From the NCBI GenBank assembly GCA_937877465.1, contig CALFIT010000286.1, positions 1 to 48,995 of the forward strand: 48,995 nt of DNA, read 5' to 3'. Both the position numbers and the translations under genes were made by a program. Of this stretch, positions 43,101 through 48,995 are shown in pieces. Each line of letters begins with the position of its first letter. Positions within the stretch are counted from its first letter, which is position 1. A model generated the notes under the pieces. It saw only the letters and a program-made list of their open reading frames with translations, did no database searches and was not told where the DNA came from. The DNA comes from an uncultured Bacteroidales bacterium (lineage in GTDB: Bacteria > Bacteroidota > Bacteroidia > Bacteroidales > F082).

Positions 43101-43630
43101 TCGAACTGGCGATGGATGGAGAGCGTCCGCGCCACGGGGTTGAACTGGGCGGGACAGATGCCCAAGTGGATGACGTCGACACCGCGCAGCGACTGTGGCT
43201 CAGCCGTCCTGACCGCCTCGGTGGGATAGAGCATGTCGCGACCGTAAACGCCGGGGTCTTTCATGAAAGGACGCTCGGCTTCGTTCTCGCATTGGCTGCC
43301 GTCGGAAGGCGCGATGTTGATGCCGCTCAGCTGCTCGTCACGCGAGGCACGCACTTCCACCACGGCCCTTGCGCCTTGGGGGATGGCGACGAAACGGTTG
43401 AAGGTGGGCAGGTCGGGCTGGCCATACTCGTTGGGCACCACGATGCCTTGCGTGGCGATGGTGTGCATCACTTCGCCTTCGCGCACGACGGTGTCGATGC
43501 TGAAGTCGTCGAAGCGGAAACGCAGGCTGATGTGGTTGTGGTCGGCCTCGGTGATGCTGAAGGTCTGGCCAAAGACAGCCAGGGGCATGGCGAGCCACAA
43601 TACGAGGGTGAGCAATGTATGATTCTTCAT
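40142..43630 (-). CDS. Gingipain-like cysteine peptidase (family C25), 1162 aa, with T9SS CTD
   Basis: Signal MKNHTLLTLVLWLAMPLAVFGQ and a propeptide-like region. HRDHG...(33 residues)...SVNC dyad. One CARDB-like module, a jelly roll (FESGQLSPEYWTNDSEHPW...AWIDYIVLP) and CTD IHPNPTTGRVSVDL... Only 24 nt upstream of the 1587-aa gene. Confidence 0.85.
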   Translation of the reverse strand: MKNHTLLTLVLWLAMPLAVFGQTFSITEADHNHISLRFRFDDFSIDTVVREGEVMHTIATQGIVVPNEYGQPDLPTFNRFVAIPQGARAVVEVRASRDEQLSGINIAPSDGSQCENEAERPFMKDPGVYGRDMLYPTEAVRTAEPQSLRGVDVIHLGICPAQFNPVARTLSIHRQFDIDIRFEGGNGHFGDDRLRSPYWDPILRNNILNYESLEPIDYDARMQQWSTTRPTGCEYLIITPNNEAYVEAAQELADFRLRQGILTKVMTLAETGATTAGLLRMWFRDIYANWDIPPVAVCLIGESGDDLGQYVPGFRTQHPKDDFITSDNPYADINDDNLPDICFTRLIAQNESELPIFIGKQIEYEYTNPVNNLYYYAHPLTAAGWQDAKWFQIAIATVSGFLTQHGKIPTRINEIYSGEQGPQWSTAPGTASVVNYFGPNGVGYIPATPDELGGWTGGTAEQVINAINTGAYIIQHRDHGWNNRWYQPEIYITDFGDINNPGKMTYLVSVNCRTGMYDWPNDCFVERLIRMQRDGQNAGIVGAIAPAGQTYSYANDIFLWGVWDLFDSSFLPDYGPFADHADAWLPSFACVSGKYFLETHVFPSTNQEMCVCTYNTFHTHGDAFLRIFTNMPESIATTHDLTVAPYEPFHITAPEGSQIALSMRQGGEIHILATATGTGEEQTITIMQSVNANVVHLTITGLNLLRHEEDLIVAPHNQAFVVVDSIALNAGGLVLAYDQTAVADIKVANIGDVASESGSVTLSSISSHVGITQDEVQFEPLDPSESVVIENAFQFGLDGALADGSLLPITCTTHFGDESYARNYDIAIKAPRLVGELISIDDSEGNGDGLLDPGEVVRLFFRITNEGHYVAESPRIALRNNEGYVRVITPETTIDDLEMGGVAVVSFDVYVEYIAGESTHVHLLLIPTVGNLSSEQEIPCAVGFIIESFESGQLSPEYWTNDSEHPWVVGNAYAYDGYYSARSATIEHNESSQLTFTHDTRDGGFFSFYAMVSSESNYDFLVFSIDGEERERWSGEQWWGEHSYAVHPGHHTYTWTYLKDYSVNAGLDAAWIDYIVLPTNLDDVEEEGVATPGIHPNPTTGRVSVDLKAEDGFTIQVFDSDGKHILTESNKAEVSIEQQPAGLYHIIVEQDGHRWHHKIIKL

Positions 43631-43654
43631 GCGTAGTTTTGACAGAAAATAAAG

Positions 43655-43676
43655 AAAGCCGTAAATTTACGGCTTT
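43655..43676 (-). terminator. Perfect 22-nt palindrome, candidate terminator of the upstream two-gene unit
   Basis: AAAGCCGTAAATTTACGGCTTT. On the minus strand it is followed by CTTTATTTTCTG. Lies between the stop at 43751 and the C25 start at 43630. Confidence 0.5.
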
Positions 43677-43750
43677 ATTGGTGAGTTTATGGGCATAAAT
43701 CGCCTAAAAGTGAAATATTCCCTAATGAAGCGGCTATAAAAGGGTCTTAT

Positions 43751-44527
43751 TTATTCCTTCACCACTTTGCGCACGCATTTGCGGCCTTCCTCGTCGGTGA
43801 CGTTGACGAAGTAGACGCCGGCGGGCAGATTGCTGATATCGATGGTGATGCGCTCGCCCTTGCCTGTGGTGCTGGCCACGCGCTGACCAAGCGTGTTGAG
43901 TACTTCGGCTTGCCTCAGGTTCTCGCCCGTGATAGTGACGAGACCCGTGGTGGGGTTGGGGTGGAGGGTGGCGAAAGCAGCATATTCGTTCTCATCAACG
44001 CCAGTCATGCTGGTCTGTCCCCAATGCAGGGGATAGTTGGGGACGGTGCAGAAGCACTGCTTGTTCAAAATAAGATAGCCTTCTGAATGCCATCCTGACT
44101 TTTGCTCTCCGTCTTTATCCTGCCACCAATGCACTCCATACGATACCTTTATCCATCCATAGCAATAGCCATCGTCGGTGAGATGCCGTACGGCGAATCG
44201 TTCATATTGTGTGGGTGGCAATAAATTAAAGCCGATGCCCCAGTCGCCGTGAAGCTCACTAATAGGGGTAATGGTGTCCTCGCACCAACATAGTTCCCAA
44301 CCTGAAAGAGAATAGATGTCAAACCACCATCCTCCGTTGGTTGCATGAGTATACAGATAGGCATCGGAATTACCGTCCTGGTCAAAATCAATGTATAACT
44401 TGCTGATAGGATAGTATACGATAGAATCTGGCTCGAAATCCATATAGATGATTTCGCCTTCTTGGGCAAAGGCTCTCGTGAAAGGCAGTAACGCCAAAAG
44501 AGCAAGGATGAGTTTTGTGTGTTTCAT
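43751..44527 (-). CDS. T9SS CTD-containing secreted protein of unknown function (258 aa)
   Basis: Signal MKHTKLILALLALLPFTRAFAQ. Trp/Cys-rich core with no family I can name. CTD LHPNPTTGLVTITGENLRQAEVLN...GVYFVNVTDEEGRKCVRKVVKE. Confidence 0.65.
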   Translation of the reverse strand: MKHTKLILALLALLPFTRAFAQEGEIIYMDFEPDSIVYYPISKLYIDFDQDGNSDAYLYTHATNGGWWFDIYSLSGWELCWCEDTITPISELHGDWGIGFNLLPPTQYERFAVRHLTDDGYCYGWIKVSYGVHWWQDKDGEQKSGWHSEGYLILNKQCFCTVPNYPLHWGQTSMTGVDENEYAAFATLHPNPTTGLVTITGENLRQAEVLNTLGQRVASTTGKGERITIDISNLPAGVYFVNVTDEEGRKCVRKVVKE

Positions 44528-44563
44528 TGTTTTGTGATTTTAAGGATGTGATGATGTGGTTCC

Positions 44564-46141
44564 TTATTCCTTCACCACCTTATCGGTGAACACCTGTCCG
44601 TCCGTCAGCGTGACCTTCATCACGTATTGCCCTGGCGTGAGGCCTTGCAGGTTGAGGATTTCGAAGGTTTCGTACTGCGAGCGCACTAAGCGGCCTTGCA
44701 GGTCGTAAAGCTCGATTTGCTTGGGCTGCACGTCGGGCGAGTATTGCAGGCGGAGCTGGTCTTGTGCGGGGTTGGGGTAGAATGCGTAGGGGCGGACGAT
44801 GGACTCGGCCTCTGGCACGCTCACCGTACCGTCGTCGTACACGAAAAGGAAGAATAGACCAATGTCATTGGCGTTTGGGTTGGTGCTCCTGCTATATCCA
44901 TATATTGCCATCCCTTTCTCGCCCTCACCGTCGTCGAACAATGTAGTGGCTGCGCTAAAATTAGGCACCCCTTGGTCGAGGTTTGACAACTTGCAATAGC
45001 GCTTCCAAAGGAGGTTGAGGTCGGCATCCAGCTTTAGGGCCACATACAGATCCCCTTCCTTGAAGACGTAGAGGAATCCTCCGTCGGGCACCCTTTCGAA
45101 GCCGAAGCAAAAGGGAGCGCTATAAGGCCCATGCACTTCATTGAATTTCACGCACTTCTCCAACTGGCTTGTCCTCAGGTCGAATCTTGCAATGGCAACG
45201 CCATTTTCTGTAGAATCGTAAGGGAGTTGATAATACCCATAAATGTTGCCCAAGCTGTCGTATACTGGCGCCAGGGGCGATTTATGGTAGGTTGTGGCTA
45301 CAACGATGTCGTCGCCGTCGGGAAGCACATGGTCAGACCCAGCATAAGGACCTGGTCTGAAAAAGAAATTTTCCACTACGGGGACGTATTCGTTTTGGAA
45401 AACGTGGGAGTTGACAACCTGGAAGTCCTCGTCGAGGATATAGAGCATCAAGTTGTTGGCCTCGTTTTTTTTATATTTGTAATACATCAAGGGAGATGAC
45501 GAAAACTCGTAAATGCCGGAAGTGTAGTTCAGGTATTGCGGGAATGTCGCCTCGTGCTTCAGCGTCCCGTCGAGCCCATAGCGGGTAAGATGCCCCAACA
45601 GCCCCTCGTCAGTGATTGTGTAGTAGGTGAGGATCAGGTCGTTGCGGCTGTCAATCATGTTTTCGATATAGTCAACCGCATAGCCGTCGTACAGGGGCAC
45701 GACGATGTCCTCGTCGGGGTTGCCAGCGAGGTTGTCGTCAGTGAAATGTGAGATGACCAGGTAGGCCACGCTGTCTTCCCTGTTTTCCACATGGATGCGC
45801 AGGTTGTCGTCGCCCAAGGGGTTCCGTTCCACGAGATAGAAGTAGCCGATTCCGTCGGAAACGAGCAACGAGTCGATGAAGGCCATAGGGCTTCTCGACA
45901 CCTTGTGGAAAACACTTCCGTAGATGGTGTCGGCATTTGGGGAGGCCACCAAGGTCTTGGTGACAAACTCGCCATTGCGCTGGCAGCAGAGGTTTTCGGG
46001 CTGGATGAGGCCGTAGCCTATGTGGTGGTAAGGTATGAGGCTATCCTGCGCCCAAGCCTTGTCGGCCAAAATCATCGTCTGGGTCAGAAGAAGGAGGAAC
46101 AACGCCTTCTTGATGAAAGAGGATTTCAATGTGGTTTTCAT
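44564..46141 (-). CDS. T9SS CTD-containing secreted protein of unknown function (525 aa)
   Basis: Signal peptide ending AWAQ. CTD FYPNPAQDQLRLQYSP...GQYVMKVTLTDGQVFTDKVVKE. 36 nt upstream of the 258-aa gene. Confidence 0.65.
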   Translation of the reverse strand: MKTTLKSSFIKKALFLLLLTQTMILADKAWAQDSLIPYHHIGYGLIQPENLCCQRNGEFVTKTLVASPNADTIYGSVFHKVSRSPMAFIDSLLVSDGIGYFYLVERNPLGDDNLRIHVENREDSVAYLVISHFTDDNLAGNPDEDIVVPLYDGYAVDYIENMIDSRNDLILTYYTITDEGLLGHLTRYGLDGTLKHEATFPQYLNYTSGIYEFSSSPLMYYKYKKNEANNLMLYILDEDFQVVNSHVFQNEYVPVVENFFFRPGPYAGSDHVLPDGDDIVVATTYHKSPLAPVYDSLGNIYGYYQLPYDSTENGVAIARFDLRTSQLEKCVKFNEVHGPYSAPFCFGFERVPDGGFLYVFKEGDLYVALKLDADLNLLWKRYCKLSNLDQGVPNFSAATTLFDDGEGEKGMAIYGYSRSTNPNANDIGLFFLFVYDDGTVSVPEAESIVRPYAFYPNPAQDQLRLQYSPDVQPKQIELYDLQGRLVRSQYETFEILNLQGLTPGQYVMKVTLTDGQVFTDKVVKE

Positions 46142-46189
46142 AGCTGTTCTTTTTTAGGGGTGGATTCTTCCATGATTGTTTTACAAGTG

Positions 46190-46197
46190 CAAAGATA
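46190..46197 (-). promoter_or_regulatory. -7 promoter box TATCTTTG (minus strand)
   Basis: Plus-strand CAAAGATA, 49 nt upstream of the ATG at 46141. Confidence 0.5.
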
Positions 46198-46282
46198 AAC
46201 AAATTTTTCGGATTCGATGCCAGACAAACAGACAATTATTGGTTCTGCTTGAGTTGCAGAGGAAGCCTATTATATGATGATT

Positions 46283-47293
46283 TTAGTCATCGATTGGCGG
46301 CTGTGCTATAGCTGTTGGAACCCCATACTTGATAGAAGGGATGTGATACCAAACGGTTAGGTGAGAGTGATTGGGTATTCTAGAATCCGTTCCTATTCCC
46401 CAATCTAGAATTATTTCGTCATCAACGGCAAGCTCTTGCCCTAAACCAAGGTACGAATCAAGAGCGTAGCACATTTCATCAAAAGAAAGAGATGTTCCTT
46501 GACTTGCCGTATTGAATATCCTTGAGTCATAACCGAAAGGTGAGCCATATGGGTCAATATGATCCAAGAAATCAGGATTAAGGGTCCTGGAATAAGTGCA
46601 ATAGACTCTTTCCTCTACAGGAAATTCATAGTTCCACACCCCTCTCAAAGCGGCTTTCAAAGTGTCCACAGCCGTTGTGCCCCAATCGTAGTTTCCGTAG
46701 TAATCAAAATAAGTTTCGCAAGCAGAATAGGCTGCGAAAATGTCTGAGAAGTGCCATGTGTGGTCAAACAGGTTTTTATTGCTATTATTAAAGGTCTGTA
46801 TCATCGAGATCACAGTTTGCCCATTGTCTGAGATGTCAATGCCAATGAAGCGAAAATGCATGTTCTCGAGTTTGGTATTTGACTGTATCTTGGTAATTTC
46901 GGAATGGATTTCCTGGTATGCTTTTTCAATGTCGCATAACAGTATGTTACCATCTGTGACCTTGGTTTGGATGAAGATTGTGTCGAAGCACACAGCGTCA
47001 AAGTCAACATTGACGTGTCCGAAGTCGTAGTTGGCCACGCTGGAGAGGTGCCAGGCGGCTTCGTCGAGCGAAAGCGCCTCGTCGTCGCCCTTGGCGGCCG
47101 ACTGCATCCTCTGCTTGAAGTCCTTCAGGTAGGCGTTCATGTCGTCGACCTGTGGCGGGGTGAAGGCCGCTTTTGCGGCATGCTGCCCAGTCGGGGCTAC
47201 GGTGTCCTCTTTCTTGCAGGACACGATGGCGACCGAAACAAGGGTCGCGACTACCATCGCGAGGATGGCAATGAAAAACTTGGATTTTCTCAT
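46283..47293 (-). CDS. Lipoprotein of unknown function (336 aa)
   Basis: Signal plus lipobox VAIVSCKKED. Lower GC than the large cargo genes. 34 nt downstream of the 127-aa gene. Confidence 0.55.
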   Translation of the reverse strand: MRKSKFFIAILAMVVATLVSVAIVSCKKEDTVAPTGQHAAKAAFTPPQVDDMNAYLKDFKQRMQSAAKGDDEALSLDEAAWHLSSVANYDFGHVNVDFDAVCFDTIFIQTKVTDGNILLCDIEKAYQEIHSEITKIQSNTKLENMHFRFIGIDISDNGQTVISMIQTFNNSNKNLFDHTWHFSDIFAAYSACETYFDYYGNYDWGTTAVDTLKAALRGVWNYEFPVEERVYCTYSRTLNPDFLDHIDPYGSPFGYDSRIFNTASQGTSLSFDEMCYALDSYLGLGQELAVDDEIILDWGIGTDSRIPNHSHLTVWYHIPSIKYGVPTAIAQPPIDD

Positions 47294-47327
47294 AATTTTT
47301 GAAATTTAATTGTTAGTAAATTGGTTA

Positions 47328-47711
47328 TCAATCCGTTACCGTAAATTCACCATAATACTCATCCCCATCGGAGAGTGTAAATGTGACAATGTAATTCCCT
47401 GCATTAGGGATGTAGACCTGCAGACCATTTGGGGTAAACACTGATAGGCAATCTACCTGAGTACCTGAGGCCGTTGAAACTTCAACAGCAACTTGCCCGA
47501 GGTTTTCACTGAATACCACAGTAAGCACATTTCCATTAATTGATGGTATTATGCTTCCGCTCTTGTCTGTACCTCCATGGTGAACTTTCTGTTTTATTAG
47601 AATGGATCCTTCTACTTTTTTGTTTTCCGTTCTGGCTGTGACATGGGCATAGCATAATGCTCCCGAAAGAATGAAGCAGAGCATCAGAATCAATGTTGTT
47701 ACTTTTTTCAT
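47328..47711 (-). CDS. Small secreted beta-sandwich protein, DUF3244-like (127 aa)
   Basis: Signal peptide. The pattern INGNVLTVVFSENLGQVAVEVSTASGTQV...IPNAGNYIVTFTLSDGDEYYGEFTVTD resembles the small Bacteroides DUF3244 proteins. Assigned from memory, not from a search. Confidence 0.45.
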   Translation of the reverse strand: MKKVTTLILMLCFILSGALCYAHVTARTENKKVEGSILIKQKVHHGGTDKSGSIIPSINGNVLTVVFSENLGQVAVEVSTASGTQVDCLSVFTPNGLQVYIPNAGNYIVTFTLSDGDEYYGEFTVTD

Positions 47712-47737
47712 CGTGTATTAGAATTAAAATCACGATG

Positions 47738-47745
47738 CAAAAGTA
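47738..47745 (-). promoter_or_regulatory. -7 promoter box TACTTTTG (minus strand) for the DUF3244-like gene
   Basis: Plus-strand CAAAAGTA, 27 nt upstream of the ATG at 47711. On the minus strand a TTG lies 20 nt upstream, and the GGGGTT-ttag-AACCCC hairpin (47748-47763) sits in the spacer. Confidence 0.55.
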
Positions 47746-47775
47746 CCGGGGTTCTAAAACCCCTGCAAGAACATG

Positions 47776-47794
47776 TTGGTTAGGATTGGTTAGG
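47776..47794. repeat. Tandem direct repeat TTGGTTAGG x2 with 10-bp phasing
   Basis: TTGGTTAGG-a-TTGGTTAGG, just upstream of the -33 region of the 47738 promoter and 24 nt below the regulator stop codon. Confidence 0.6.
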
Positions 47795-47817
47795 GTTTTT
47801 GACTAACATCTTATTAA

Positions 47818-48995
47818 TCAAATGAATAAGAAATCCTTGGCCATACCCATCAAGGTGATGGGAAGTGGATTATCGCTACCGAATATCTTACGCATTTTAC
47901 CATTGCGCTCGAAAACGGTATTGTAGGTACGTTGCATCAATGCCGCGATATCTGCGTCATTTAAACCAAGCAGGTAGAGGCAGCAATAGTCAAGGTCGCT
48001 ATTGGTAAGTTCTGGATAGGCCTTTTTGAGACGGATAGTAAATTGTCCGAAATGGCGATCGACTGCCATGCGTAAGTCTAACAGTTGTTGCTTGTCCAAA
48101 GCATAATCCTTATAGACGATATAATCAATTTTCGATTTAAACTGCCCTTCGTTCACCCGATCCATAATGAGACGACATATAGGTTCTTCATCGAAAGATG
48201 CTGCAACTTCGGCTTTTGCAGCCAAATCATCCAATTGTTTGATTTGCTCTTTAAGTTCGCGCAGTTCCTGGTTGCTCCGTTTCAGCCGGCCCGCTATGGC
48301 GGCTTGCTCCATCCGGTGGGTTTGTCGCTCGGCTTCAAGGACTTCGGAATACTGTTTATCTTTTTCTTCCAACTCTTTTCTTGCCTCGGCCTCTTTCGCT
48401 TCCATCTCCTGTTGGTGATGTATGTCTTTGTATTCCAGTGCTTTTTTCGCTTCAGCCTCCCTCTGTCTCAATTCCTCCGCGTGCTGTTGTACTGTTTCTC
48501 TAAGCACCCTGTTTGCTTCCACTTGTTGCTCCTTCAGCTGCTTCTTGTTTCTGTGTTTTGCAACAATGAAGACAACCATAGCAACCGCAACAGCTATGGG
48601 AATAATCATCCACAATGCTTTCTTCACGGCTTTTTCTCGCTTCATTTCGGCCTGCCTCTCCTGTTCTTTAGCCAAATGCTCTTTGAACATTTCATTGACC
48701 TTTGAGACCTCTGTTTTCTTTTCAATTTCCGACATCGTTAAGCCAACGAGAAACGAAGCGTACTTTTGGGCTTTTACGGAATCCCCTTCCATTTGGTATA
48801 TGCTACTCAAATTTTCCGCAGCCATAATTTTGGATGTAATGTCTTCTTGTTGTTCAAAGATAGTTTCCAAATAAACCCTTGATGAATCATACTGTTGAGC
48901 TTCAAATAATATATTGCCAAGGGTCAATAATCTCGTTGTTCTTTCTTCTTCATCTGCTGAGAGTGTGACATAATATTTTAAACTCTCAATGATGG
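47818..48995 (-). CDS. Second TPR/TM/coiled-coil/HTH membrane regulator, 5' end outside the window
   Basis: The reading frame stays open to the window edge: I translated 48928-48995 as ...IIESLKYYVTLSADEEERTTRL with no stop. TM helix ALWMIIPIAVAVAMVVFIVA is followed by KHRNKK and a long E/K/Q coiled coil. The C-terminus NSDLDYCCLYLLGLNDADIAALMQRTYNTVFERNGKMRKIF is paralogous to the 2047..3879 product. Confidence 0.65.
   Translation of the reverse strand, partial: IIESLKYYVTLSADEEERTTRLLTLGNILFEAQQYDSSRVYLETIFEQQEDITSKIMAAENLSSIYQMEGDSVKAQKYASFLVGLTMSEIEKKTEVSKVNEMFKEHLAKEQERQAEMKREKAVKKALWMIIPIAVAVAMVVFIVAKHRNKKQLKEQQVEANRVLRETVQQHAEELRQREAEAKKALEYKDIHHQQEMEAKEAEARKELEEKDKQYSEVLEAERQTHRMEQAAIAGRLKRSNQELRELKEQIKQLDDLAAKAEVAASFDEEPICRLIMDRVNEGQFKSKIDYIVYKDYALDKQQLLDLRMAVDRHFGQFTIRLKKAYPELTNSDLDYCCLYLLGLNDADIAALMQRTYNTVFERNGKMRKIFGSDNPLPITLMGMAKDFLFI

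Noticed and set aside
40142-43630. The 1162-aa C25 protein as the T9SS sortase PorU (similar size, C25-like)
   Set aside because: It has a gingipain-type propeptide, its catalytic dyad is in the N-terminal half, and it carries a cleaved-adhesin-like jelly roll. It is a clear paralog of its two larger neighbours, and no porV-like gene is adjacent. I cannot fully exclude PorU without a profile search.
1-48995. Defence or mobile-element content (restriction-modification, toxin-antitoxin, Cas, nucleases/helicases, transposases, integrases, tRNA or att sites)
   Set aside because: None of the supported ORFs shows nuclease, helicase, methyltransferase, recombinase or transposase motifs. The intergenic regions are short (at most about 180 nt) and AT-rich, without tRNA-like structure. 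The accessory character of the window comes from T9SS cargo genes instead.

Overview
This looks like a Bacteroidota chromosome segment. Evidence: TAnnTTTG -7 promoter boxes ahead of most transcription units, lipoprotein signal peptides, and many T9SS C-terminal sorting domains (CTDs). The 60-nt lines I counted by hand inside the large genes were about 60-70% GC.

Left part (1..13.3 kb, plus strand), ordinary operons:
- an NfeD/SPFH pair
- a regulator module: small HTH, then a lipoprotein-anchored TPR/TM/coiled-coil/HTH protein, then a second small HTH
- a NUDIX hydrolase
- an ADP-forming acetyl-CoA synthetase
- a small membrane protein translationally coupled to two tandem CotH kinase-like proteins, both with T9SS CTDs
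- an ABC ATPase / membrane protein / GntR operon

Right part (13.4..47.7 kb, minus strand), a dense T9SS cargo island:
- three gingipain-like peptidase C25 genes (1612, 1587 and 1162 aa), each with an intact His/Cys dyad
- a self-contained lipoprotein plus beta-barrel OMP operon
- a tightly packed five-gene array of 803-1223 aa modular surface proteins in two alternating architectures
- two smaller CTD proteins, a lipoprotein and a DUF3244-like small secreted protein
- a second TPR/TM/HTH regulator, truncated by the window edge

The most interesting signal is the five-gene array. All five members share an unnamed module of about 115 aa directly before the CTD. They also share a two-cysteine repeat of about 45 aa (20 copies counted) with one of the C25 proteases.

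I saw no rRNA, tRNA, CRISPR array, transposase, integrase or recognisable defence genes. The many long antisense ORFs are shadow frames of GC3-rich genes. All coordinates, counts and identities were worked out by hand; no database search was possible.
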